Shown: one piece after another, positions 8,915 through 17,846 of the stretch | Layout: each line of letters begins with the position of its first letter | Numbering within the stretch: position 1 is the stretch's first letter | NCBI GenBank assembly: GCA_041918175.1 | Contig: JAYRWE010000039.1 | Location: forward strand, 50,547-114,546 | Length of the DNA stretch: 64,000 bases | Direction of reading: 5' to 3' | From: a bacterium | Lineage (GTDB): Bacteria > Zhuqueibacterota > Zhuqueibacteria > Zhuqueibacterales > Zhuqueibacteraceae | Position numbers and translations under genes: made by a program | Notes under the pieces: model-generated | The model's input: only the letters and a program-made list of their open reading frames with translations | Database searches by the model: none | What the model was told of the DNA's origin: nothing

Positions 8915-10120
8915 TTAGATCAACCCCGCTTCCTTCAAACATTTCTCCATCCGCGCAATCGACCTCTCCATATTGCTATCAATCCCAACGGACAAGCGAA
9001 TCATACCTTTGCTCAAGCCCATCTGCTCGCGCAGCTCTTCTGGAATTTCCGAGGAGGTGCTGCTGCTCGGCGCGCTGAACAACGTTTTGAAATAACCGAG
9101 GCTCACGGCGAGATAGCCGACTTTCTCTTCCTGCATTTTGGTCATGAGCACGTTGGCTGTGTTTTCATCTTTCACATCCACAGCGACCATGCCGCCGAAA
9201 CCGAGACTGGGATTCATGAGATACTTCATCAAACCATGATTGGGATGTTGCGGCAAGCCGGGATAATGAACCTGCAAGCCGAGTTCGTGCAAGCGCTGCG
9301 CGAGCAGCATGGCATTGGCGCTGTGCTGCTGCATGCGAATGTGCAAGCTGTGCAGGTTTTTCAAAATGCTCGCCGCGCGCAGACTGTCGAGCACCGGGCC
9401 GAGCAACATGGTCGCGCCGCCGTTGATGTCCGTCAGTTGCTCCACGAACTTGTGCGAAGTGCAAATACAGCCCGCCACGCAATCGCTCGTGCCGTTGATG
9501 AACTTGGTCATGCTATGCACGACAACATCGGCGCCGTGGCGCGCGGGTGAAATGATCATCGGGCTGAAGGTGTTGTCAATCACGAGTGTGAGACCGTGCT
9601 CGCGCGCGAACCGGCTCAAGCGCGGAATGTCGGCGACTTCGAGCAACGGATTGCTGATCGATTCGGTATAAATGACCTTCGTGCGCGAACGCAAAACTCG
9701 TTTGAGTTCATCTTCATTGGAGAGATCGATGAATTGCGTTTTAATGCCGAACTTGGGGAGGAAGTTTTTAAGAAAGGCATACGTGCCGCCATAGATCGTC
9801 CAACTCGAAATGATTTCGTCGCCGGTATTGCAGAGCTGGAGAATCGTGCTGCTGATGGCGGAAATGCCCGAGGCCGTGACTTGCGCCGCTTCCGTGGCTT
9901 CCATTGCGGCGAGCGCTTGGCAAAGATATTTGTTGATGGGATTCCAATGACGCGAATAGAGAAAACAGCCTTCGATTTCATGACTGAATATCTCCTGCAT
10001 CTTTGCGGGACTCATGAACGTGTAGGTCGAGCTATCGGTGATGGAAGGATTTACATCGCCAAACTCGCCGAACATGAGCAGGTCTTGAATTGCAGCAGCA
10101 GGATCGAATGGCATATGCAC
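8915..10120 (-). CDS. Cys/Met-metabolism PLP-dependent enzyme (methionine gamma-lyase / cystathionine gamma-synthase family)
   Basis: 401 aa. PLP-lysine motif VVHSMTKFINGTSD, with family-typical length and N-terminal region. Confidence 0.9.
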   Translation of the reverse strand: MHMPFDPAAAIQDLLMFGEFGDVNPSITDSSTYTFMSPAKMQEIFSHEIEGCFLYSRHWNPINKYLCQALAAMEATEAAQVTASGISAISSTILQLCNTGDEIISSWTIYGGTYAFLKNFLPKFGIKTQFIDLSNEDELKRVLRSRTKVIYTESISNPLLEVADIPRLSRFAREHGLTLVIDNTFSPMIISPARHGADVVVHSMTKFINGTSDCVAGCICTSHKFVEQLTDINGGATMLLGPVLDSLRAASILKNLHSLHIRMQQHSANAMLLAQRLHELGLQVHYPGLPQHPNHGLMKYLMNPSLGFGGMVAVDVKDENTANVLMTKMQEEKVGYLAVSLGYFKTLFSAPSSSTSSEIPEELREQMGLSKGMIRLSVGIDSNMERSIARMEKCLKEAGLI

Positions 10121-10154
10121 CTCGACATTAACGGGCGTGAGTAGCTTTCAAATG

Positions 10155-10706
10155 TTAATCTTTTTCGTCAATAAGAATTTTGCGTTCGCGTGGCGTCAGC
10201 GGCCAAATCACGCCGACATGTTCCATATCTTCGGCGGTCAAATTCTTTTCGAGAAGTTTATGAATGCGGTCAAGTCTTTTGTGCTCATCTTGTCGAGCAA
10301 AAGAGCGTGAGGTGATTTGGCCCGCAACCCTACTGGTGTCGGTGCGCCTAAGCTCGATTTCGCTGAGAGCAAACTCCTGCGCCAATGCTTTCCTGACCCG
10401 CCTCATGAGGCCGGCAAGCTTGTGACTGCTATAGCGATGATTGTTGCGGCGTGTACGCGGCACGTTTTCAAACAGTTTTGTGTGCTCGCTCGGCGTAACG
10501 CCGAAAAGGATCGAAATCTGAGCGTGATCTTTCGGCGCAAGGTGGCGATCCAACCGCGTCCAAATTTTTTGAAACCGATCAACTTCTGAAACCCCCTCGA
10601 AGGCTTCCGAGATCACCCACCCATAGATTCTGCCGCCTTTCATGCGGCTGAGTTTAACGCCTTGCGGGCGCAATTTTTCTTCGATCACTTTTTTGATACG
10701 AATCAT
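10155..10706 (-). CDS. Tandem BolA-like repeat protein (tentative), translationally coupled to the upstream HEPN gene
   Basis: ORF 10155..10718 trimmed to ATG 10706-10704, which overlaps the HEPN stop TGA 10705-10703 (ATGA). It begins MIRIKKVIEEKL (BolA starts MIRERIEEKL). Two internal repeats fit the BolA pattern V.S..F.G.....R......L........H......TP.E: GWVISEAFEGVSEVDRFQKIWTRLDRHLAPKDHAQISILFGVTPSE and AGQITSRSFARQDEHKRLDRIHKLLEKNLTAEDMEHVGVIWPLTPRE. Confidence 0.5.
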   Translation of the reverse strand: MIRIKKVIEEKLRPQGVKLSRMKGGRIYGWVISEAFEGVSEVDRFQKIWTRLDRHLAPKDHAQISILFGVTPSEHTKLFENVPRTRRNNHRYSSHKLAGLMRRVRKALAQEFALSEIELRRTDTSRVAGQITSRSFARQDEHKRLDRIHKLLEKNLTAEDMEHVGVIWPLTPRERKILIDEKD

Positions 10707-11146
10707 GGGCGTGGCCATTTTGACACTCCAATTTTAATGATGACGGTGGCGGCCTTAATGGCTTGACGACAATTCTCTTTGAAAAAATCTCCTCGAATAC
10801 CGCGATCACGCTTGAGCATTTTCAAATGCCGCTTCACCCGATCTTCGGAGGCGAAACGATAGTTGTTTTGCCAAAGAGGATGCAGGATGCTCAAAGCGGC
10901 ATTGATTTTTGCATAGTCTTCTACGGTTACATAATTTCTGAAGGCGCTTTTTGTCAGCAAGCGTTGCAGATCGTGCCGTTCGTCAAACTCCGCATCCAAG
11001 TAGACACGATAAGCGCGCAACATGGATTCGACCGCAAGGCCGGCGGCATAAAGAGAAAAAGCGTATCGCTCAATTGCGTAAAGCCTGTGAGCGTCGGTCA
11101 AACGGTCCTTCGCCGCTTCCAAATAATCTTTTGCCTCAATACGCAT
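10703..11146 (-). CDS. HEPN-domain protein
   Basis: 147 aa, all-helical. AKDRLTDAHRLYAIERYAFSLYAAGLAVESMLRAYRV...FDERHDLQRLL matches the HEPN helix pair plus the R/H-containing 'xHDLxxL' motif. Confidence 0.6.
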   Translation of the reverse strand: MRIEAKDYLEAAKDRLTDAHRLYAIERYAFSLYAAGLAVESMLRAYRVYLDAEFDERHDLQRLLTKSAFRNYVTVEDYAKINAALSILHPLWQNNYRFASEDRVKRHLKMLKRDRGIRGDFFKENCRQAIKAATVIIKIGVSKWPRP

Positions 11147-11161
11147 TTTCTCTGCTCACTC

Positions 11162-12601
11162 TCAACTCAAATCTACCCACACGCTTTTGCTCTTCGAATA
11201 AAACTCGAACGCGGCCATGCCGCTCTCCACACCGAAGCCGCTTTGTTTGAAGCCGCCGTATGGCATTGCTGCGTCATAGTTGTTATAGGTGTTGATCCAC
11301 ACCGTTCCGGCTTTGATCTCTTTTGCGAGGCGATGCGCTTTTTTGATGTCCTTCGTCCAAATCGCCGCGGCGAGGCCGTACATCGTGTTGTTCGCGAGCT
11401 TCACGAGTTCATCGGCGTCGCTGAATTGTAGCGTCGCGAGCACCGGGCCGAAAATTTCTTCTTGTGCGATCGTTGAGTTCGGTTGCACGTTGTCGAAGAT
11501 TGTGGGTTGATAAAAATATCCCTTGCCGGGCATTGGCTCCGGCTGCTTTCCGCCCACGAGCAAACGCGCGCCTTCTCTCTCGCCAATCGCAACATACTTC
11601 TGCACGTTTGCTAATTGCGCTTCCGAAACGAGCGCGCCGAGTCGCGCTTTGGGATCCATAGGATCGCCGGGCTGCATCTTCTTTGCGCGATCAACAACTT
11701 TTTCCATGAAGCTATCATAGATCGATTTTTCCACAAACAAACGCGAGCCGGCTGTGCAGACTTCGCCTTTGTTATAAAAAATTCCCATGAGCGCTTGACG
11801 TGCGGCAGCTTCGAGATCAGAATCCGCAAAGACGATGTTCGGTGATTTGCCGCCAAGTTCGAGATGCAGCTTCTTCACGGTAGTGGAAGCATCTCGCATG
11901 AGTTGTTGTCCCGTTGAAGTGCCGCCGGTGAGCGCGATGCCGTCAACGCCGGGATGCTTCACGAGCGCCGCGCCCGCATTCGAGCCGTGACCGGGCACGA
12001 CATTGAGCACGCCAGGAGGGAGGTCCGCTTCCATGCCGATTTCAGCGAGCGCAATCGCGGTGAGCGGCGTTTGCGCTGCGGGCTTCAAGATGAGCGTGTT
12101 GCCCGCGGCCAATGCGGCAGCAACTTTGCGCGAAGCGAGCAGGAGCGGAAAATTCCACGGCACAATCAAACCAACCACGCCGAGCGGCTCGCGCAGCGTG
12201 TAACAAAAGTACGGGCCATTCACGGGAATGGTGTGGCCTTCGAGTTTCGAGGCCGCGCCGCCATAGTAGAAATACAAATCCGCGGAGTAGGGGATATCGA
12301 TCTTGCTCGATTCGGTGATGGTTTTGCCATTGTCCATCGTTTCGAGTTTCGCAAGCTCGTCAGCGCGCGCGAGAATGCGTTCGCCCATTTTCCAAATGAT
12401 GCGGCCGCGTTCGGAGGCATTCATTTTTCCCCACGGGCCTTCGAGCGCTGCACGCGCAGCATGCACGGCGCGATCGATATCCTCCGCGCCGCCCTCGGCG
12501 ATGCTGGCAATGAGTTCGGTGGTTGCAGGATTTGTGGTCGGGAAAGTTTTGCCGCTCGCGGCGTTTTCCCATTTGCCGTTGATGAAGAGTTGGGTGAGCA
12601 T
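11162..12601 (-). CDS. NAD(P)+-dependent aldehyde dehydrogenase
   Basis: ORF 11162..12655 trimmed to ATG 12601 (MLTQLFINGKWENA). ALDH motifs LELGGKSPNIVF, FYNKGEVCTAGSR (catalytic Cys) and EEIFGPV. Confidence 0.95.
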   Translation of the reverse strand: MLTQLFINGKWENAASGKTFPTTNPATTELIASIAEGGAEDIDRAVHAARAALEGPWGKMNASERGRIIWKMGERILARADELAKLETMDNGKTITESSKIDIPYSADLYFYYGGAASKLEGHTIPVNGPYFCYTLREPLGVVGLIVPWNFPLLLASRKVAAALAAGNTLILKPAAQTPLTAIALAEIGMEADLPPGVLNVVPGHGSNAGAALVKHPGVDGIALTGGTSTGQQLMRDASTTVKKLHLELGGKSPNIVFADSDLEAAARQALMGIFYNKGEVCTAGSRLFVEKSIYDSFMEKVVDRAKKMQPGDPMDPKARLGALVSEAQLANVQKYVAIGEREGARLLVGGKQPEPMPGKGYFYQPTIFDNVQPNSTIAQEEIFGPVLATLQFSDADELVKLANNTMYGLAAAIWTKDIKKAHRLAKEIKAGTVWINTYNNYDAAMPYGGFKQSGFGVESGMAAFEFYSKSKSVWVDLS

Positions 12602-12716
12602 GGTGTGAGTCAGATAAGATAAGGAGCCAACAAAGAAAACGGGGCAATTGGTCAAAAACTAAGAAGCTTTAAAACTGTTTACAGGAGTAATGGTCTTCTG
12701 AAGATGATGAGAAAAC

Positions 12717-13084
12717 TCACCCTGCATCTGCAAGCACTCGCAGTTTTGCAGGACTATCCGATTCTTCCTCGATGAGTTGGCCATCCGTGTTTAAAGTCAT
12801 GTAACCGATGGTTTGCGGACGGTATGAGAATACTGCTTCCACGTGCCATTTTCCATTCAGCCGAATCGGAGGCTTTACGTCGGTTGCATCACCGACGTAT
12901 TTGGCCAAATGAATACGAGCTAATCGGCGATTTCTTTGGCGTTCAATTCTTGCTGGCGCACATGGAGATCCTGCTCTTGCGTTTCAACGAAAAGTTTCGC
13001 GCCCGGCATCCATCCCAATTGCTTTCCAACTTCGGGCGGAAGCACGAGCGCATCATCTTTAAGTTTGATCGTGACGGTTTCCAT
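12717..13084 (-). pseudogene. Frameshifted paralogue of the AbrB/SpoVT-like gene at 20425..20787
   Basis: ATG 13084 (GGAGG 8 nt upstream) gives METVTIKLKDDALVLPPEVGKQLGWMPGAKLFVETQEQDLHVRQQELNAKEIAD, then TAG at 12922-12920. The -1 frame continues LARIHLAKYVGDATDVKPPIRLNGKWHVEAVFSYRPQTIGYMTLNTDGQLIEEESDSP. The two pieces align end to end with the intact paralogue (..ELTADEIDDIACTYLVKYVGDATAVKTPVFKNGKWHAEVVLSYRDETVGFLTFSRDGQLLPEESDSP). One T is missing in GATTAG at ~12923. Confidence 0.7.
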
Positions 13085-13089
13085 GTTGT

Positions 13090-13530
13090 TTACCTCCTGC
13101 GCAGATAAGGTTTGACGAGTTCAACAAAGTTTTCCAGCTTGCCACTGAATGAACAAATGCGCCCGGCCTCGTCATGAAGATGATTGGGAAAGTGCGAGAG
13201 CCGTTTGCCACGATAGTCGCGCTCGTGATGCGGAGCAGAGTCGGCGCGGATGATTGCACTCTTGCCGATTTCGATCAAAGAGTAGCTGTAAGATGCAATA
13301 CGCAACTCGTTCTGAGGAAAGGCATATGTCTCGCGTACTACCAGCTTTTTATGCACTCTGGGCAAAACCATATCCAATTGGATGATATCCGTCGTGATCG
13401 CAAGGTGGATTTGCTCTTCAATGTCTGAGATGATGCTCGCTTCGGCAGGGGACAGCTTTTGCAATTGCGAATAAATTTCCCACGCACGATTTGTGACGAG
13501 CCATCTTTTGAGTTTATGCGATAACATCAA
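13090..13530 (-). CDS. TumE-like (DUF6516) putative toxin
   Basis: 146 aa. IRADSAPHHERDYRGKRLSHFPNHLHDEAG fits my recollection of the DUF6516 core (R.DNAPHH......FPHHKH). Confidence 0.5.
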   Translation of the reverse strand: MMLSHKLKRWLVTNRAWEIYSQLQKLSPAEASIISDIEEQIHLAITTDIIQLDMVLPRVHKKLVVRETYAFPQNELRIASYSYSLIEIGKSAIIRADSAPHHERDYRGKRLSHFPNHLHDEAGRICSFSGKLENFVELVKPYLRRR

Positions 13531-13822
13531 TGCCGGCCTTTTCCGCGCTCAATTGTGATTGCAGCAGTCGAAAATACTGGCGATAGCACGTCGCCCAATC
13601 GAGAAAATCTTCCTGATCTTCGGCCGGTGTGCCGACAATGAACTTAAAAAAAACTTCCGACCTCATGCGATATTTTTTTTCATAAGCATGTAGCTCTTCC
13701 ACCAGTTTGCTGATGGTGCGCTCAAGGTTAGGCTCGAAACTCATCACACGAGCGAAAAATTCTTCTTTGGTTATTTGGGGTGCGGATTTTCGTTTGGGCA
13801 TTTGCTTGACTCCTTTAGCCAT
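13514..13822 (-). CDS. Small hypothetical protein, antitoxin-like position upstream of the TumE-like gene
   Basis: 102-aa ORF overlapping the TumE-like start by 17 nt. A helical acidic segment EDQEDFLDWATCYRQYFRLLQ resembles small antitoxin-type proteins. Confidence 0.45.
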   Translation of the reverse strand: MAKGVKQMPKRKSAPQITKEEFFARVMSFEPNLERTISKLVEELHAYEKKYRMRSEVFFKFIVGTPAEDQEDFLDWATCYRQYFRLLQSQLSAEKAGIDVIA

Positions 13823-14050
13823 GTGGCATTGTCTTGAATAAGTCGCAGCTTAGGCATTCACTCAATAAACCAGCCACGCCGCGAACAAACAAATCGTACC
13901 CAGCGCGATGCCGAGTGCGGGAATATAAAACCAATATAGGATAGCAAGCCAGAAGTAAATTAATCCGAGGCAGGAAGGAGGAACGCCGCTTGGAGAGGGA
14001 ACGAGAACGATACTCGTTAGCGGTTACTTTGCAAAGTTTCCCTCTCGACG

Positions 14051-14136
14051 GTCATTCTGAAGAGCCTTCTATGAGCCTAATACAAATCTCGAAACTGGTT
14101 TGCTTTCGAAAGCAAGGAAGACTCTTGCAGAATGAC
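14051..14136. repeat. Family A palindromic repeat, diverged copy (downstream of pstB)
   Basis: gtcattctgaagagcc...ggaagactcttgcagaatgac. The terminal inverted arms are shared with the other family A copies. Confidence 0.7.
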
Positions 14137-14209
14137 AGTCAAGTTGTGGGGGTACAAAGCGGCCGCAGCGAGTATACTTGGAAGGTATAACGCGAGGGCG
14201 GCGTTTCGA

Positions 14210-14986
14210 TCATCCATATCGGCCCTCGATGTACTCCGCGGTTTTGGGATTCCTCGGCGCGATGAACATGTCTTCCGTGCGGCTGTGCTCCATGATTTCG
14301 CCGAGCAGCATGAACACGCATTCGTGGCTCACGCGGCGCGCTTGCGCCATGTTGTGCGTTACGATGACGATGGTGTAGCGGCCTTCGAGCGTGAGCATCA
14401 ATTCTTCGATGGCGCGCGTGGCTTCGGCGTCGAGCGCGGAGCACGGCTCGTCCATCAAAATCACTTCGGGCTTGAGCGGCAACAGACGCGCGATGCAGAG
14501 CTTTTGCTGCTGCTCAAGTTGGAGCGTGGTGGCTTTGGTGTGCAGCCGGTCTTTCAAATCTTGCCATAGCATGACTTCGCGCAGCGCTTGTTCGACCACG
14601 TCGTCCATCTCGGATTTCTTTAGCGCCCGTATGGGATTGTGAATGCGCATGCCAAACACGACGTTTTCATAAACAGAAATCGGAATCGGGTTGGGACGCT
14701 GAAATACCATGCCTACGCTTCTGCGCAATTCCGGTAACGATACGTCTGCGTCGTAAATGTTCTTGTCGTGAATGCGGATTTCGCCGGTGGTTTTCACATT
14801 GCCATAGCGTTCGTTCACGCGATTGAAGCAGCGCAGCAAGGTCGTCTTGCCGCAGCCCGAAGGTCCGATCAAGCCCGTGATCAAGCCGTGACGAAAACGC
14901 AGTGTGACGTTTTTGAGCGCTTGAAAATTACCGTACCACAAGCTGAGATTGTCCGTGGTGATGCTATAGCTTTGGCTCTCGCTCAT
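14210..14986 (-). CDS. pstB: Phosphate ABC transporter ATP-binding protein, copy with degenerate ABC signature
   Basis: 258 aa, collinear with E. coli PstB. It has Walker A GPSGCGKTT, Q-loop VGMVFQRP, Walker B ILMDEPCSALD, H-loop VTHNMAQA and C-terminus EYIEGRYG. The signature reads LQLEQQQK instead of LSGGQQQR. Confidence 0.95.
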   Translation of the reverse strand: MSESQSYSITTDNLSLWYGNFQALKNVTLRFRHGLITGLIGPSGCGKTTLLRCFNRVNERYGNVKTTGEIRIHDKNIYDADVSLPELRRSVGMVFQRPNPIPISVYENVVFGMRIHNPIRALKKSEMDDVVEQALREVMLWQDLKDRLHTKATTLQLEQQQKLCIARLLPLKPEVILMDEPCSALDAEATRAIEELMLTLEGRYTIVIVTHNMAQARRVSHECVFMLLGEIMEHSRTEDMFIAPRNPKTAEYIEGRYG

Positions 14987-15741
14987 CCGAAAATTCCATT
15001 GACGTATTCATAGGTTTTGCGCGAATTGGGAGTATCCGAAAAAACTTTTTCCGTGGCGTCGACTTCAACGAGATCGCCATTAAAGAGAAACGCCGTGCGG
15101 TCCGCCAAGCGCCGCGCCTGTTGCACGAGGTTGGTCACAAGTATAATCGTCATGCTAGTGCGCAACTCCTTGAGCACGTCTTCGATGCGCATGGTCGTGA
15201 CCGGATCGATGGCGATGGAGAATTCATCGAGGCACAAAATTTCAGGTTGATGCGAGAGCGCGCGCGCGATCGTGAGGCGCTGTTGCTGTCCGCCGGAAAG
15301 TTTTGTGCCGAGGCTGTGCAAACGGTCTTTGACTTCTTCCCACAGCGCGGCTTGTGTGAGACAACGCGCGACCAGCTCATCCAGCGCGCCCTTGTCGCGA
15401 ATACCGGACATGCGCGGCGCAAAGGCCACATTGTCATAGATGGAAAGTGGGAGGCCAACCGGCAGCGGCGCGACCATTCCGATTTTGCGGCGCAACTCGT
15501 AAACATTTTTTGTTTGTTTGATATCTTCGCCGTCGATCGTGATGGTGCCCAATTGCAGCGCGCTCGGCGTGAATTCCAGGGTCCGATTGATCGCGCGCAG
15601 CATCGTGGTCTTGCCCGATTGCGCCGGCCCGATCACTCCGAAAATTTCGTTGGGAAAAATTTCCAGCGAGACGTTGTTGAGCACTTGTTTCAAACCGTAG
15701 CGCACGGTGAGATTGGAGATTGTGATTTGAGCAGAAGGCAT
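14983..15741 (-). CDS. pstB: Phosphate ABC transporter ATP-binding protein, copy with degenerate Q- and H-loops
   Basis: 252 aa with Walker A GPAQSGKTT, canonical signature LSGGQQQRLTIAR and Walker B LCLDE. The Q-loop is IGMVAPLP (no Gln) and the H-loop is LVTNLVQQA (His to Asn). It overlaps the downstream pstB by 4 nt. Confidence 0.9.
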   Translation of the reverse strand: MPSAQITISNLTVRYGLKQVLNNVSLEIFPNEIFGVIGPAQSGKTTMLRAINRTLEFTPSALQLGTITIDGEDIKQTKNVYELRRKIGMVAPLPVGLPLSIYDNVAFAPRMSGIRDKGALDELVARCLTQAALWEEVKDRLHSLGTKLSGGQQQRLTIARALSHQPEILCLDEFSIAIDPVTTMRIEDVLKELRTSMTIILVTNLVQQARRLADRTAFLFNGDLVEVDATEKVFSDTPNSRKTYEYVNGIFG

Positions 15742-15866
15742 TTGGCTCTAAGTCTGGATGCGTTGCAGAATATTGAAATTGAAGACAACCGATTGCTGCG
15801 CGCCGCGCATGTTTGGAAATTGCGGACTTCACTCGGGGACCAGCGCTCCGCGCAGCACAACAGAGC

Positions 15867-16751
15867 TCACCATTTTTTACGCGAGCGCAAATAGACCCGC
15901 AGCGTGATCGAGAAAGCATTCACCAGCAGCACCGCGCCGAGCAGCACCACGGCAGTGCCATAAAGCGTCGCCTCGGGCACGCCTTGCACTTGCGTGGAGA
16001 TCGTGAATAGGTGCATCGACAGCGCCATACATTGATCGAACAAATTATACGCGAGCAGATCGCCTTCGGGAATGGCTTTGAAGAACACCGCGCCCGTGAA
16101 CATGATCGGCGCAGTCTCGCCCGCGGTGCGCGAAACTTGCAAAATGACGCCGGTGAGAATGCCGCTGATCGAATTCGGCAGCACGATGCTTCGAATCGTT
16201 TGCCACCGCGTTGCGCCGACATTCCAACACGCTTCGCGAAACGGAACCGGCACGGAAGCGAGCGCTTCTTTCGTGCTCGCAATGATCACCGGCAGCGTCA
16301 TGATCGCCAACGTGAGCGCTGCCGCAAGAATGGAGCGCCCGATCTGCGCAAACAACACGAATGCGCCGAGACCGAAGAGCGCATGCACAATGCTCGGCAC
16401 GCCCGCGAGATTGACCACCGCCAGATTGATGATGCGCGTGAACCAATTTTCGCTCGCGTACTCATTCAAATAAACCGCGGCCAAAACACCGACCGGGGCG
16501 GAGATCATGAGCGAGATTACGACGAGATAAATTGTGCCCAATAGCGGCGCCCACAATCCGCCGGCGCGCATGCGATTCACGGGGTTGGTAAGGAGGAAAT
16601 CGAGCGAAAGGGCGGGGAAAGCTTTATAAAAAAGATAAACGAGGATCAACAGCAGCGGCAGAATCATCATGAGCGCCATGCCAAGAAAGATGAACTTGGC
16701 AAGTTTTTCTATCCGCAGTTTTTTATCGACAAATTTGGTCGCAGTGAACAT
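15867..16751 (-). CDS. pstA: Phosphate ABC transporter permease PstA
   Basis: 294 aa, polytopic, with EAA-type loop EALASVPVPFREACWNVGATRWQTIRSIVLP. Position in the pst operon supports the call. Confidence 0.9.
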   Translation of the reverse strand: MFTATKFVDKKLRIEKLAKFIFLGMALMMILPLLLILVYLFYKAFPALSLDFLLTNPVNRMRAGGLWAPLLGTIYLVVISLMISAPVGVLAAVYLNEYASENWFTRIINLAVVNLAGVPSIVHALFGLGAFVLFAQIGRSILAAALTLAIMTLPVIIASTKEALASVPVPFREACWNVGATRWQTIRSIVLPNSISGILTGVILQVSRTAGETAPIMFTGAVFFKAIPEGDLLAYNLFDQCMALSMHLFTISTQVQGVPEATLYGTAVVLLGAVLLVNAFSITLRVYLRSRKKW

Positions 16752-16810
16752 GCACGAGACTCTGTTGGTTTGATTGAAGCGCTAACTTTCAAGCCGTGTT
16801 TCCTCTATAT

Positions 16811-16899
16811 GTCATTCTGGAAGAACCTTCCCTCGCGCTCGGAACAAAACTCATTTTGAGATTTGTGCCAAGTGCTAGGGAAATTTCTTCCAAAATGAC
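16811..16899. repeat. Family A palindromic repeat, diverged copy (between pstC and pstA)
   Basis: gtcattctggaagaacc...gggaaatttcttccaaaatgac. It lies in the 195-nt pstC-pstA spacer. Confidence 0.7.
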
Positions 16900-16946
16900 A
16901 TGGTAAAGGGGTTGGTCTTCAAATAAAGAATGACGCCACAGTGAGC

Positions 16947-17840
16947 TCATTTCCTCCGCACGCCGCGCACGATGAAATCCGCAGTGAGGTTCACTGCAAA
17001 TGTAATCGTGAATAGCAAAATGCCGATGATGAAGAGCACTTGATAATGCTCCGAATGCACCGGCGCTTCGCCGAGTTCGGCTGCAATCGTTGCGGTAAGC
17101 GTGCGCACCGAATCAAAAATGCTCGTAGGAATTTTAACCGCGTGCCCGGTGGCCATGAGCACGGCCATCGTTTCGCCGACCGCACGACCAATGCCCAACA
17201 ACACCGCGGCGAGCAAACCGTTCTTCGCCGCGGGCAAAAGCACGCGATAGATCGTTTGCCATTTCGTTGCGCCGAGCGCGAGCGCCGCCTCGCGATAAGA
17301 GTCGGGCACGGCTTTGAGCGCGTCCTCGCCGATGGAAACGATGATGGGCACACTCATCAGCGCGAGGATCACGCCGCTGTTGAGAATGTTCAAACCGATG
17401 GGGACATTAAACACGTCGATGATCAAGCGGTTCATCACCGTGATGCCGATGAAGCCCCACACCACCGAGGGAATTGCTGCGAGCAACTCAATCGTGATTT
17501 TGAAAATTTCTTTCAGCTTAGGCCCGCAAAATTCCGAAACATAAATTGCTGCGCCCAAGCCAAAAGGCACGGCCAGCGCCATCGCAAGCGCGGTCACGCC
17601 GGCAGTGCCGGCGAGCAAGGCGAACACGCCATAGCGTTTGTTGGAAACGGAAGTGGGATACCACTCCGCGCTCAAAAAAAAATCGCGCAGGTTGAGTTGA
17701 TTAAGCAGGAAGTCCGAGCCTTCGCGAAAGACGAAGAAGAAGATGCCGAACACAAAAAGAATCGCGCTCACACCGCACAAGCGAATGAGCGTTTCAATCA
17801 CGCGTTCGGTAATGGCTTCCAAGCGGCGAGAGAACCCCAT
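16947..17840 (-). CDS. pstC: Phosphate ABC transporter permease PstC
   Basis: 297 aa, polytopic, with EDALKAVPDSYREAALALGATKWQTIYRVLLP. Operon position supports the call. Confidence 0.9.
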   Translation of the reverse strand: MGFSRRLEAITERVIETLIRLCGVSAILFVFGIFFFVFREGSDFLLNQLNLRDFFLSAEWYPTSVSNKRYGVFALLAGTAGVTALAMALAVPFGLGAAIYVSEFCGPKLKEIFKITIELLAAIPSVVWGFIGITVMNRLIIDVFNVPIGLNILNSGVILALMSVPIIVSIGEDALKAVPDSYREAALALGATKWQTIYRVLLPAAKNGLLAAVLLGIGRAVGETMAVLMATGHAVKIPTSIFDSVRTLTATIAAELGEAPVHSEHYQVLFIIGILLFTITFAVNLTADFIVRGVRRK

Positions 17841-17846
17841 TGCGGA

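Noticed and set aside
13862-13960. Strongly hydrophobic minus-strand reading frame LIYFWLAILYWFYIPALGIALGTICLFAAWLVY*
   Set aside because: It looks like a TM helix pair, but the open frame contains no ATG, GTG or TTG start upstream. It cannot be supported as a gene and may be a remnant.
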